DNA of 64,000 nucleotides, from the IMG/VR virus record IMGVR_UViG_3300014913_000759, positions 1 to 64,000 of that record; one strand, 5' to 3'. The DNA is from a virus. The notes beneath the pieces are model-generated. The model worked only from the letters and a program-made list of their open reading frames with translations, ran no database searches and was not told the origin of the DNA. A program made the translations under genes and the position numbers. This document shows positions 7,418-15,977 of the stretch, piece after piece (position 1 is the first letter of the stretch; each line of letters starts with the position of its first letter).

Positions 7418-9937
7418 CTATATTTCGCACGATCCTCCCTTACATTGAATCGGTTCCACGAGTCTATCAAACTTATAATCATAACAAGGAACATCTACAT
7501 AAAAAGATTTATCCATAAACTCCAAAAGATTAGGTATCGATACTTTTCTAACATATATTGTTCTGTCCTTATCTTGTAAAGTGGTTTCAACGCCAATTTT
7601 CTCAAAACACGAACGTAATTTTTCTACAGATTTTTTATCGAAACCATCTACATGAAATCTTACGTTTGTTCCATCTTTTTTTACTGAGCCATCTCCTACA
7701 AACCACTGCCTTAGAATGGTTGGTGTAAACTCTAAGTCTTCTGGTACCGTCTTCTTACCATTGGGATACCATTTTTTATACAAAACACCCAACTCAACGC
7801 ACGAAATTGATTTGTATCTATAGTAGATGGCGCTGTTTTCTCGGTGTTTATACTCGTCAATATTTCCAGACCTCACTAATCCCTCTGAAGAAAATACTCT
7901 ATCCAGCCAACACACATATTCATAATATTTTGAAGCGTGCGTATAACAACCTAAGTGTCCGCCGTTAACTTTATTAATGGAGCCATCACCTAACAACTCA
8001 CCTTCTATAAGTTCTAACAACAAAGGACTTATGGGAATGCTTCTATCCAATTTAATCAACTCTTCTCCTTCAAATTTAACTATATCATAGATTGTGTTTT
8101 CGTGACAACCAAAAATATTTCCAATCTCCTCATAAGTCATACCTTTATTATGTAAAAACCTTATCGTTTCTATATCTGGTACAAATCTTATATTTTTTCC
8201 TTTACCTTCGCGTACAGGAATACCATACTCTTTCATCCGCAGGGCGACAAGTGCTTGTGAAACTCCCAATTTTTTTGCCACTTTATGCTGCGGCAATCTT
8301 TGGTTAGTATACAAGTCTTCTAATATTTCCTTACTGATGTCATACTTTCTGCCCTTTTTTTCAACAGGTTTGTTTAAAACCTGTTGATTCTTACAACCGT
8401 CTCTATAAATCGCTATTGCTTTTAACCCAAATTTGTATGCCAGCTTTAAAATTTTTGATACATCCTCGACTGTTGCTGAGTGTGGTAAATTAATCGTCTT
8501 AGAAATTGATTGATCTATCCACTTACCAACAGTTGCCATGACTCTCAAATGCTCTTCTGGTTTTATTTCATGCGCCGTTACCAGAGCCCTAGGATAGATG
8601 TCTTTATACTCATCTTTAATACTAAAAGAATCTTTTATAACCTTATCTATAATTTTAGATTCATATTCAAAAGCGTAATACGGCTCTATAGAAAAATAAG
8701 AGTCGGATATTCGAGATGTAGACCCACTAGGTGCTATAGTCAATCTGTTAGAGCAGCGCATATATTTGTATTTCCCCTTAAATGAAGAATCGTCAAAATC
8801 CTGAAAGTTACCGCGCTCTTCGCCCAAATTTATACAACTCTCTAAAGACACTCGATTAATAAAACAAAACAAATTATCAATCATATCTATACTTTCCTGC
8901 GAGCCATAACGCAGGCCTAGCTTTATAAGAAATGGTGCCAGGCCGAAAAAATACAAACCTTGCCGCCTAGTTCTTAATGCAAACTCTCTGATTTCTGGTA
9001 TAGGGTACATACACATGTCAATATTGTTGTCAAGAAATCGGTGGCCTATATGTATTAAATATTCGAGTTTGTCCCAATCAACTTTTTTCTTGTTTTTTGG
9101 TCCCTTCAATATTTTATCTAAATTTATACCAGATAAATTACAACTTTCATACGGCGACATGCATATTTCATGGCATGGGTTTACTGAGTCTATAGGATAC
9201 TTAGGCAACGTATTAAACTTATTCATGGTGTCTATGAACACTATATTCGGGTCGCCTGCTCTCCAGTTTGATTCGGAAACAGCTTCCCACAATTCAATAG
9301 ACCTAGGATCGTCAGAGAAAAGCTTACTCATAAAATCGTCCGTACAAACCACAGAAATATTTATATTAGACCATTTATCGTTGTTTCTCTTCATATTAAT
9401 AAATTTTTCTACATCTGGATGCTCTATATCAAGAATGGCTGCTCCTGCTCCACGCCTTTTTCCGCCCTGTTTTATTGTTTCTATCATCTGGTCGAATAAA
9501 GTTATAAAGGAACAAACGCCAGAGCTAAATCCACCCGTTGACAGCCGAGCATTCTCTTCTCTTAGATTAGAAAAATTCCACCCGACCCCGCCTCCGTACT
9601 TAAAAATCATAGCACTATCACAAAAAGTTTTAAGAATAGACTCCATGCTATCCTTTATTGGTAAGGCAAAGCAAGAAGACAACATCGGAAATTCGGTGCC
9701 AGCGTTAAACAAAATAGGCGATGCTGGCATAAATTCTTGGTTTATCATACATTCATAAAAAAGTTCTTTATATTTTTCATAATCTCCTTTATCATAATTA
9801 TATTCTGCTCTAGCTATAAAATTTGCGACACGCCGGAATAATTCCTCCGGCGTTTTTTCTATATGATTGCCTCGAATATCTCTTAAAAAATATCTCTCTT
9901 CGAGTATCTGCAAGGCATTTTTTGAAAATTTGCCCAT
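7418..9937 (-). CDS. nrdJ: Class II (B12-dependent) ribonucleotide reductase with an in-frame HTH-LAGLIDADG insertion
   Basis: SPILFNAG, SSCF, GGGVG, QGGKRRGA, NPCHE, SCNL, TIAPSGS, DQSISKTIN, YRDG (no YY pair); C-terminal CKGGSCEI. Confidence 0.9.
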   Translation of the reverse strand: MGKFSKNALQILEERYFLRDIRGNHIEKTPEELFRRVANFIARAEYNYDKGDYEKYKELFYECMINQEFMPASPILFNAGTEFPMLSSCFALPIKDSMESILKTFCDSAMIFKYGGGVGWNFSNLREENARLSTGGFSSGVCSFITLFDQMIETIKQGGKRRGAGAAILDIEHPDVEKFINMKRNNDKWSNINISVVCTDDFMSKLFSDDPRSIELWEAVSESNWRAGDPNIVFIDTMNKFNTLPKYPIDSVNPCHEICMSPYESCNLSGINLDKILKGPKNKKKVDWDKLEYLIHIGHRFLDNNIDMCMYPIPEIREFALRTRRQGLYFFGLAPFLIKLGLRYGSQESIDMIDNLFCFINRVSLESCINLGEERGNFQDFDDSSFKGKYKYMRCSNRLTIAPSGSTSRISDSYFSIEPYYAFEYESKIIDKVIKDSFSIKDEYKDIYPRALVTAHEIKPEEHLRVMATVGKWIDQSISKTINLPHSATVEDVSKILKLAYKFGLKAIAIYRDGCKNQQVLNKPVEKKGRKYDISKEILEDLYTNQRLPQHKVAKKLGVSQALVALRMKEYGIPVREGKGKNIRFVPDIETIRFLHNKGMTYEEIGNIFGCHENTIYDIVKFEGEELIKLDRSIPISPLLLELIEGELLGDGSINKVNGGHLGCYTHASKYYEYVCWLDRVFSSEGLVRSGNIDEYKHRENSAIYYRYKSISCVELGVLYKKWYPNGKKTVPEDLEFTPTILRQWFVGDGSVKKDGTNVRFHVDGFDKKSVEKLRSCFEKIGVETTLQDKDRTIYVRKVSIPNLLEFMDKSFYVDVPCYDYKFDRLVEPIQCKGGSCEI
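7468..8370 (-). mobile_element. In-frame homing endonuclease (two HTH + two-motif LAGLIDADG) without intein splicing blocks; ends approximate
   Basis: LIEGELLGDGSI and WFVGDGSV motifs, WYPNGKKTVP, terminal YKF; HTHs QHKVAKKLGVSQ and TYEEIGNIFGCHENTI. Confidence 0.82.
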
Positions 9938-9957
9938 CTATATAACCTCCGGTTTGT

Positions 9958-10395
9958 TTATCCAGTGTGACCAAAGCCACCTGTGCCTCTATCAGTATCT
10001 CCGCTCAATTCCAGCATTTCTATAAAGTGTGCTTTGTAAACCGGTGTGAAAATAATCTGCGCTATTCTATCACCTTTAAATATCTGAACTTCTTCTTTAC
10101 CTAAGTTTATCAGAGCCACACAAATCTCTCCTCTATAGCCTGAATCAATCGTTCCAGGCGTGTTAACAACTGTAAGGCCTTTCTTAAGAGCCAGGCCACT
10201 TCTTGGTCTAATCTGCGCGTCTACACCTTTAGAAAATTCCATACTAATACCTGTATGGGTTAGCCTTATCTCTCCTGGTTTAATAGTAAAGTCTTCTATA
10301 GAGAATAGGTCTGCCCCAGAGTCGTCATTGTGACTGTACGCTGGTGTCCTCGCATCCTTACTCATTTTCCTAAACAACACCTTTATGTCGTTCAT
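9958..10395 (-). CDS. dut: Trimeric dUTPase
   Basis: SGADL, RPRSGLA, GTIDSGYRGE, GDRIAQ, RGTGGFGHTG. Confidence 0.97.
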   Translation of the reverse strand: MNDIKVLFRKMSKDARTPAYSHNDDSGADLFSIEDFTIKPGEIRLTHTGISMEFSKGVDAQIRPRSGLALKKGLTVVNTPGTIDSGYRGEICVALINLGKEEVQIFKGDRIAQIIFTPVYKAHFIEMLELSGDTDRGTGGFGHTG

Positions 10396-12302
10396 ATGTC
10401 TCCTCCGCACTTCTTGCAAACGACCTTCGTCCCATACTTATCATCAGTAGGAACAGCTGCCATTTCCGTTCCGCCACATTTCTTATCGCCATTGACTCTG
10501 CGCCCGCAAGCGTCTTTGAGCCAACAGTCTCCCACTAAAGCGTCTGATTCCATCGGAATGAGACTAAAGTATCTACCAAAACCATCTTTCAATGCATTTA
10601 CAGTAATCTCTGAAACTTCTTTAACCTGATCTTCACGAACTTCTACAATCACCTCATCGTGTACAGTAGAAATCAGCCGTGCGTTATAACCAGACAGCCG
10701 TTCAACCAAATAAATCATAGACTGTTTAATAGTATCAGCGTTGGCACCTTGGATACCAGCGTTTTTGGCCTGGCGCTCGATACTACGTTTTATAGTCTTG
10801 AAATTTGGATCAGTGTAAGATGGCATTCTGTAAAATCTTTTTCTGCCGCTAACTGTTTTACTGTATCTTTTGTAAACAGCATCTCTGGCTGACTGGTCTA
10901 AGAACTTTTTAACACCTTTATACCGTGCAAAATAATTCTTAATAATATCATCAGCTTCCTTCTCACTGATCTTAAGTCTTCTTGCTAAACCAAACTTAGA
11001 CAGTCCGTAACACAAACCAAAGTTAAGTGCTTTGGCGGCATCGCGCTGCTTAGGCAAGACTTGATCCATCGGAACACCAAAAGTCTCTGCTGCGGTTCTG
11101 GTATGTAAATCGATTCCTCTCGCATAACTTTCAACAAAAATAGGGTCTTGGGAAAGATTGCCCAAAATCCTCAACTCCGCACCACTCATATCAGCGGTGA
11201 TCAGCTTATAGCCTTCGGGAGCAATAAAACAACTTCTAAACATTTGTTTTTTCGGTATGTTCTGTAGGTTCGGCCTAGAGCTACTCATCCTACCTGTGGC
11301 TACCATCTGCTTGAACTGTGTGTGTAACCTACCGGTTGCCTCATTAATTTTATCTATCAGTGGTTCTGCGTAGGTTGAAACCAGCTTAGCATATTTACGA
11401 TAACCCAGTATAGAGTCGATTATAGGCATGCCTTTGTACTTGGCCAACTCGCCATTGCTCGTACTTTCCAAAGGCAATCCATACTTCTTAAGAGAGCTTA
11501 GAAGCTGCTTGGGGCTGTTGATATCGACCACTGATACACCAAACAATGTGGTCTGGTCTTCAACGTGCGCTAAAAGGTTGGCAATCTTTTTGCCCGCCTC
11601 CTGCATCTCCACCTCAGCATCACCCATTATTGCTCGCCACTTATGAACGTCCAACTTCATCCCGTTAAGTTCCATCTCACAAAGTGGCTTAGTAAATTCA
11701 AATTCTAACCGGCAAACATCTTCAAAACCATGCTCCACAATTTTAGGGAGCTGTAGGTTTCTAATCTCTGGCAGAACAGCAACGTCGTTTGAGGCATACT
11801 CAATCTGATAAGGCTGGAACTCTTGGTAATAATCTGCAAAAGTATCTCTGGGCTGCTTGTCCATAGCCAAACCTAGGTACTTCTTAACTAGGTAGTCGAG
11901 GCTCGACTTACCATGCAGCCCTAGATTAAAAAGCTGCTCGACAATCATTGTGTCATAGATATTTTCTACATAAAATCCAAAGTTTGCCTTTATCATCTCC
12001 ATATCGTACGATGCGTTCTGGAGAATCTTAAGCTGTTTGCCTGTGAGAATTGGTTTTAATACATCAATATGCAGGCTGCTGTGTGGCGTGTCGTGTCTAA
12101 CATCAAACACAAAAGCCTGGTTTGGTATGCCCAGCTGAACCAGTGAGACTCTAGAATTATGTGGGTCTAGGCCGGTGCCTTCCGTATCCATACTCAATAC
12201 GTCGTGATTTACCATTTGAGACATGGCCTTACGTGCCGATTCCTCGTCTGTTATATACTGGTACTTAGGCTTAGGCAAGGTGAGTACGCCGTCTGTTAAC
12301 AT
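10392..12302 (-). CDS. polA: Family A DNA polymerase (3'-5' exo + pol, no 5'-3' exo) with a C-terminal Cys4 extension
   Basis: DTEGTG, NASYD, YASND; TGRMSSSRPNLQNIP, DMSGAELR, KALNFGLCYG (Phe at the 762-equivalent position), VHDE. Confidence 0.96.
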   Translation of the reverse strand: MLTDGVLTLPKPKYQYITDEESARKAMSQMVNHDVLSMDTEGTGLDPHNSRVSLVQLGIPNQAFVFDVRHDTPHSSLHIDVLKPILTGKQLKILQNASYDMEMIKANFGFYVENIYDTMIVEQLFNLGLHGKSSLDYLVKKYLGLAMDKQPRDTFADYYQEFQPYQIEYASNDVAVLPEIRNLQLPKIVEHGFEDVCRLEFEFTKPLCEMELNGMKLDVHKWRAIMGDAEVEMQEAGKKIANLLAHVEDQTTLFGVSVVDINSPKQLLSSLKKYGLPLESTSNGELAKYKGMPIIDSILGYRKYAKLVSTYAEPLIDKINEATGRLHTQFKQMVATGRMSSSRPNLQNIPKKQMFRSCFIAPEGYKLITADMSGAELRILGNLSQDPIFVESYARGIDLHTRTAAETFGVPMDQVLPKQRDAAKALNFGLCYGLSKFGLARRLKISEKEADDIIKNYFARYKGVKKFLDQSARDAVYKRYSKTVSGRKRFYRMPSYTDPNFKTIKRSIERQAKNAGIQGANADTIKQSMIYLVERLSGYNARLISTVHDEVIVEVREDQVKEVSEITVNALKDGFGRYFSLIPMESDALVGDCWLKDACGRRVNGDKKCGGTEMAAVPTDDKYGTKVVCKKCGGDI

Positions 12303-12311
12303 TATAGCTCC

Positions 12312-12599
12312 TTATAGCTTCATTACACCTCTTAAATTAATAGAGGACTCCGTGACGATTTCTACCTCATCGTGCGAATCTAAATACAAACCGCAACCAC
12401 AAAGACCTGGGTCTTCTGAAGATATGATAACACAATTCCTCGGATACAATCTTTTTGCGGGGTAGTTCATTCGAATATACAAATCTGTGCCAATAAGGAA
12501 CAAGTTACCAATGTCCACATCCCTAAATAGTCCTTCCTCGGTACAAAATATGTCTGTTTTAGTATACTTAGGGTACTCTGATAAACTCTTTTCGTTCAT
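12312..12599 (-). CDS. Hypothetical protein
   Basis: ORF with GGAGG RBS. Confidence 0.55.
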   Translation of the reverse strand: MNEKSLSEYPKYTKTDIFCTEEGLFRDVDIGNLFLIGTDLYIRMNYPAKRLYPRNCVIISSEDPGLCGCGLYLDSHDEVEIVTESSINLRGVMKL

Positions 12600-12604
12600 T
12601 GCTA

Positions 12605-13663
12605 CTAACCTCCTTCGTTGAATTTCTTTATGGTGTCTATCACCTTAAACATATAATTATACATCCTATTATTCGCCGTCTTTCCGGTCTGATAAATAGG
12701 TTTGCCTACTACATCTAAAATGGCTGAGTATAATCTGCCTTTTCCATATGTGGGCGATCTCTTTAGGCACGCTGTAAAATACCCTTCGATTGCCAACCTC
12801 ACGCTTTCTGGCGGAATTTTCTTAAGTTTTCCATACAGTTGAACAGATTTTTTCCACTCACATTTATTCAGTGCTCTGCATATTTCAATAACCTCGGCAC
12901 TATCCTCATCAACCATAACACCAGTGACTTCTTTTGCTTCTTCCAACGTCCATGCACTCGAGTCGTTGATCGCCTTAAGCCAAACCAACGATCTTCTTGG
13001 TACTCCTTGTGACTCATCCGCAAGATATTTTAGAACCTCTTTGTTATATTCCATTCCTTCAAACTGCGCAACATTTTCGAGCAGTTCGTCAACCAATGCG
13101 ATAGAGATTCTCCCGAAATGCATCTTAGTACAGCGCTCATAAAATGCGGGATCGAGTTTTTCAGGCTCGTCAGTGCAGAATATAAAGTAGACGTGTTCAT
13201 AACCATCCTCAATTATTTTAAGAAGTGCATCCTGAGATGCCGGAGTAAGCTTGTGTGCTTCGTCAAAGATCATAACCTTGAAGCGTGACATGAATGGTGC
13301 CGTCGGAAGGTCTTCGATGATCTTCATGATGTCGCCTTTATTTCCATAAGCACCTACGTTTATTTCTTGTACATCCATGTGGTTATGGTTGAGAATTGAA
13401 GTACAGGATGGACACTTTAGACATGGATCTGTGCCCACGCCCTCCATACATGTCAGTCCTAAACCAATAACCCTCGCAGCTGTTGTCTTTCCGCAGCCAG
13501 GAGGGCCAGTAAATAGATGTGAATGAGGCAGTGTCTTGTTTTCTAGACCGCCTCTTATAAGCTTTTTGTTTGTTTCCTGACCTACAATTTCATCTACCTT
13601 ACATGGCCGATAGATGGTTTGCAAATCATTTGCGCCTGTCCGTGATTCTCTTTTAATTATCAT
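12605..13663 (-). CDS. dnaX: Clamp-loader ATPase, DNA Pol III gamma/tau-like
   Basis: YRP...IVGQ, GPPGCGKTT, CxxCxSC Zn site, DEAH, ALLKIIE, ERC arginine finger. Confidence 0.92.
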   Translation of the reverse strand: MIIKRESRTGANDLQTIYRPCKVDEIVGQETNKKLIRGGLENKTLPHSHLFTGPPGCGKTTAARVIGLGLTCMEGVGTDPCLKCPSCTSILNHNHMDVQEINVGAYGNKGDIMKIIEDLPTAPFMSRFKVMIFDEAHKLTPASQDALLKIIEDGYEHVYFIFCTDEPEKLDPAFYERCTKMHFGRISIALVDELLENVAQFEGMEYNKEVLKYLADESQGVPRRSLVWLKAINDSSAWTLEEAKEVTGVMVDEDSAEVIEICRALNKCEWKKSVQLYGKLKKIPPESVRLAIEGYFTACLKRSPTYGKGRLYSAILDVVGKPIYQTGKTANNRMYNYMFKVIDTIKKFNEGG

Positions 13664-13910
13664 TCCCTGTCTCCACCTTAGGTAGCTTCGGAGGCTTGGC
13701 CCAATGCGTTACCATTCCTGTATAATATTTATCATACGGTTCGAACTGAGAAGACCACCAATGTCCAAAAGAATCTACAAAGAAATAGGACATGGTGACC
13801 CATTTGTTTTCCAACACCACTAAATAAACTTCGTCTGATCCTGCCCAGCTATTCTCTTCACCATTAAACTGGACAGGGTCTCCGTCCTTCTCGATTTCGT
13901 GCCATTTCAT
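13653..13910 (-). CDS. DUF551-like small phage protein
   Basis: MKW...P N-terminus and VTHWAKPPKLP C-terminus. Confidence 0.6.
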   Translation of the reverse strand: MKWHEIEKDGDPVQFNGEENSWAGSDEVYLVVLENKWVTMSYFFVDSFGHWWSSQFEPYDKYYTGMVTHWAKPPKLPKVETGNDN

Positions 13911-13914
13911 AGTC

Positions 13915-14397
13915 TTAGTCCCATAGTGCGAAAAAATACCTTCTAAACAACCGCATGCCTAGGTTAAATTTTCTTCTTAGTGCTTCTTCTCTCGGCTTCC
14001 ACTCCTCTGGTGTATCGCCTAACTCCATAAAGTCGCCATCTATTAGTGCTCTACCGGCCTCAAAACCCTCGATGATTTTATCCAAGATCTCTTCCCACTT
14101 CCAGGTAGGGTTCTCTGCGTTCTCATCAAAGAGCTCTGCTGGTGCTCCGTGTAAATTTTTCTTCAACATCTTTACGCCGCCGACAATAACATCGCAGAGG
14201 TAGCCGTCGAAACTCCAAGTGTCCATATAAGAATAACCATTCTTGCCGCGAACAAAGAAACAGGGTAGTTTTACCCTGAAAAAGTACCGGACGTTATCAA
14301 CCTGACGATAACACCAGTAGTATACTTTTTCGTACCAAGGTGTTTCTCTACGAAGTTGCTCGAAAATAGTATCTATATCTTGAATTTTCTTCGTCAT
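13915..14397 (-). CDS. Hypothetical phage protein
   Basis: D.WS.D.YL...W.EILDKI..GF...GM.LF..YF..LWD pattern; GAGG RBS. Confidence 0.6.
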   Translation of the reverse strand: MTKKIQDIDTIFEQLRRETPWYEKVYYWCYRQVDNVRYFFRVKLPCFFVRGKNGYSYMDTWSFDGYLCDVIVGGVKMLKKNLHGAPAELFDENAENPTWKWEEILDKIIEGFEAGRALIDGDFMELGDTPEEWKPREEALRRKFNLGMRLFRRYFFALWD

Positions 14398-15010
14398 TTT
14401 TGTTTTCCTCAATAACTACTGCGCCGTTCGTAGTGGCAATGAGCAATAGATTTTTGTCGCCTTCTACGATGGCTAGGTCATTAATGGACACACCGCCGGG
14501 GATGATATCGCCCTTCTCATAAGTGTAGTCAGGTGTTGTCCAGTCATGTTCATAATCATAAACCGCCTTTAAGTTACTGTCTACGTAGTAAAATTCTCCG
14601 CTCGATGATTGAGCACATTTTGTTGGATTTGAAACGGAGGTAGTGTAAATCCTCGTCCCACTAACTATATTGAAGTGATCAACTCCTGAGGCCGTTGTGG
14701 CACACAAGAAATCGCCGGCTCCGTGAAGGTAACCGACATTGTTAGATGTCAAATTTGGATAGCTCTTGTACCCTATTATATAAGAGGTTAGATTAAAATT
14801 CCCAGATACACTGGAAGTCGGTAACCTCAGAATTCCAGAGTCTAAAGTCGCTATATAAAGATAGTCTTCATCAGCCCAGACAGAGTTCACACCGGTTGGG
14901 TATACTACTTCTGCCACCTGGCTTCCAGAAGCAGAGCTATAAATGTTTACGCCACTGGTAGTGGCACCGAAAACATACGGCTCTTTTATCCAAACATTCC
15001 TATTGCTCAT
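14348..15010 (-). CDS. Stand-alone beta-rich domain, paralog of the C-terminus of 56395..59385
   Basis: Shares GVN, SGIL.LPT, YP, TASGVDHFN, TKC.Q, FYY, DWT, INDL/I..VEG and E.NSRY..Y. Confidence 0.8.
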   Translation of the reverse strand: MSNRNVWIKEPYVFGATTSGVNIYSSASGSQVAEVVYPTGVNSVWADEDYLYIATLDSGILRLPTSSVSGNFNLTSYIIGYKSYPNLTSNNVGYLHGAGDFLCATTASGVDHFNIVSGTRIYTTSVSNPTKCAQSSSGEFYYVDSNLKAVYDYEHDWTTPDYTYEKGDIIPGGVSINDLAIVEGDKNLLLIATTNGAVVIEENKNDEENSRYRYYFRATS

Positions 15011-15017
15011 TATCTAT

Positions 15018-15045
15018 ATTATAATACTTTTTTAGGATTTGTCAA
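15018..15045 (-). promoter_or_regulatory. Consensus promoter TTGACA-N16-TATAAT, 7 nt before an ATG (likely leaderless transcript)
   Basis: Perfect hexamers; no SD before ATG at 15010. Confidence 0.7.
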
Positions 15046-15544
15046 GCTTTTTTCTTCTAATTATTTCATTTTTTAAAAGATCATAAATCTCTGCCATTAC
15101 ACCATATCCTGCAAAGGATTCCAGCACATGACAACAATTTTTGATATCGCTGACGGCGTCGGACGGACACAAAGAAAAAGGAATCATTCTACAATTGTCT
15201 ATATCTGAAAAAGAATGGCCCACATACACCACTTCCTCAGGTGTAACACCGTACTTGATCATAGCTTTGGACAGTGCCTCTTTCTTGGTTTTCATACAAA
15301 AGAAAGGTATGTGTCTGGAAGCACAGAGATTCTTATTGACTGCCCAATCTGAAGACACAACAACGACCTTAAATGTGTTCTTTAGTTCATCTATGGCCTC
15401 AAAATCTTTCAAGTTATACTGCTTGAAGGCCACGGATGGCATGTCTGTGATACACACCAACCCTTCTGTGATTACACCGTCTATTTCAAGAGCGATCATC
15501 TTGATCTTTTTAGATTGTTCTTCGAAATCAATGTAATTTGCCAT
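15032..15544 (-). CDS. KdsC/YrbI-family HAD phosphatase homolog with degenerate motifs
   Basis: IKMIALEIDGVITEG (ExD instead of DxD); YVGHSFSD in place of GDDxxD; CPSDA; GYGVMAE. Confidence 0.75.
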   Translation of the reverse strand: MANYIDFEEQSKKIKMIALEIDGVITEGLVCITDMPSVAFKQYNLKDFEAIDELKNTFKVVVVSSDWAVNKNLCASRHIPFFCMKTKKEALSKAMIKYGVTPEEVVYVGHSFSDIDNCRMIPFSLCPSDAVSDIKNCCHVLESFAGYGVMAEIYDLLKNEIIRRKKLDKS

Positions 15545-15557
15545 AAATCTCACCACC

Positions 15558-15950
15558 TTAGTTGTGATTAAACCATTTTCCCCATATTCTTTCATAAAAA
15601 TAATACATAATAATTCGTGAATTCAAATAAATCACTGGTATTATTGCCATTGTTTTTATCTGGTGCGTGAAAAGCCACGCCATCAAACCCAACATGATAT
15701 GACATGTTATAATTTCGTACGTAAACGACTTCAGTATGCTCCGCCTTTTCTTGCCTAGAGCCCATTTGATCTTGGTCCATAATCTTTCATGTAGAAAATA
15801 TGTCAAGACACAAGTCGTATGATGGCCTATGGTTATTCCTGCCACAGCCACCTTATCTTTAGTGATTAAATATGTTAGTACCGCCAGCCAAATTATACCA
15901 GTGACTCTCCAAATTAAACTTTTTAGAAAACTTTCTCCGTGAGGTACCAT
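15558..15950 (-). CDS. DUF2061-like membrane protein (two repeats)
   Basis: SFLKSLIWR...YFLHERLW and SILKSFTY...YYFYERIW. Confidence 0.75.
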   Translation of the reverse strand: MVPHGESFLKSLIWRVTGIIWLAVLTYLITKDKVAVAGITIGHHTTCVLTYFLHERLWTKIKWALGKKRRSILKSFTYEIITCHIMLGLMAWLFTHQIKTMAIIPVIYLNSRIIMYYFYERIWGKWFNHN

Positions 15951-15977
15951 ATCTTCTCCGCAATTTATTATCCCAAG

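Noticed and set aside
7468-8400. Canonical intein or group I intron in nrdJ
   Set aside because: The Cys in YRDGC is at a native NrdJ position; no block B/F/G or HN; no non-coding space for a ribozyme
9015-9758. 247-aa plus-strand ORF
   Set aside because: Antisense shadow of nrdJ; no RBS or motifs. The same applies to the other plus-strand ORFs in the track.
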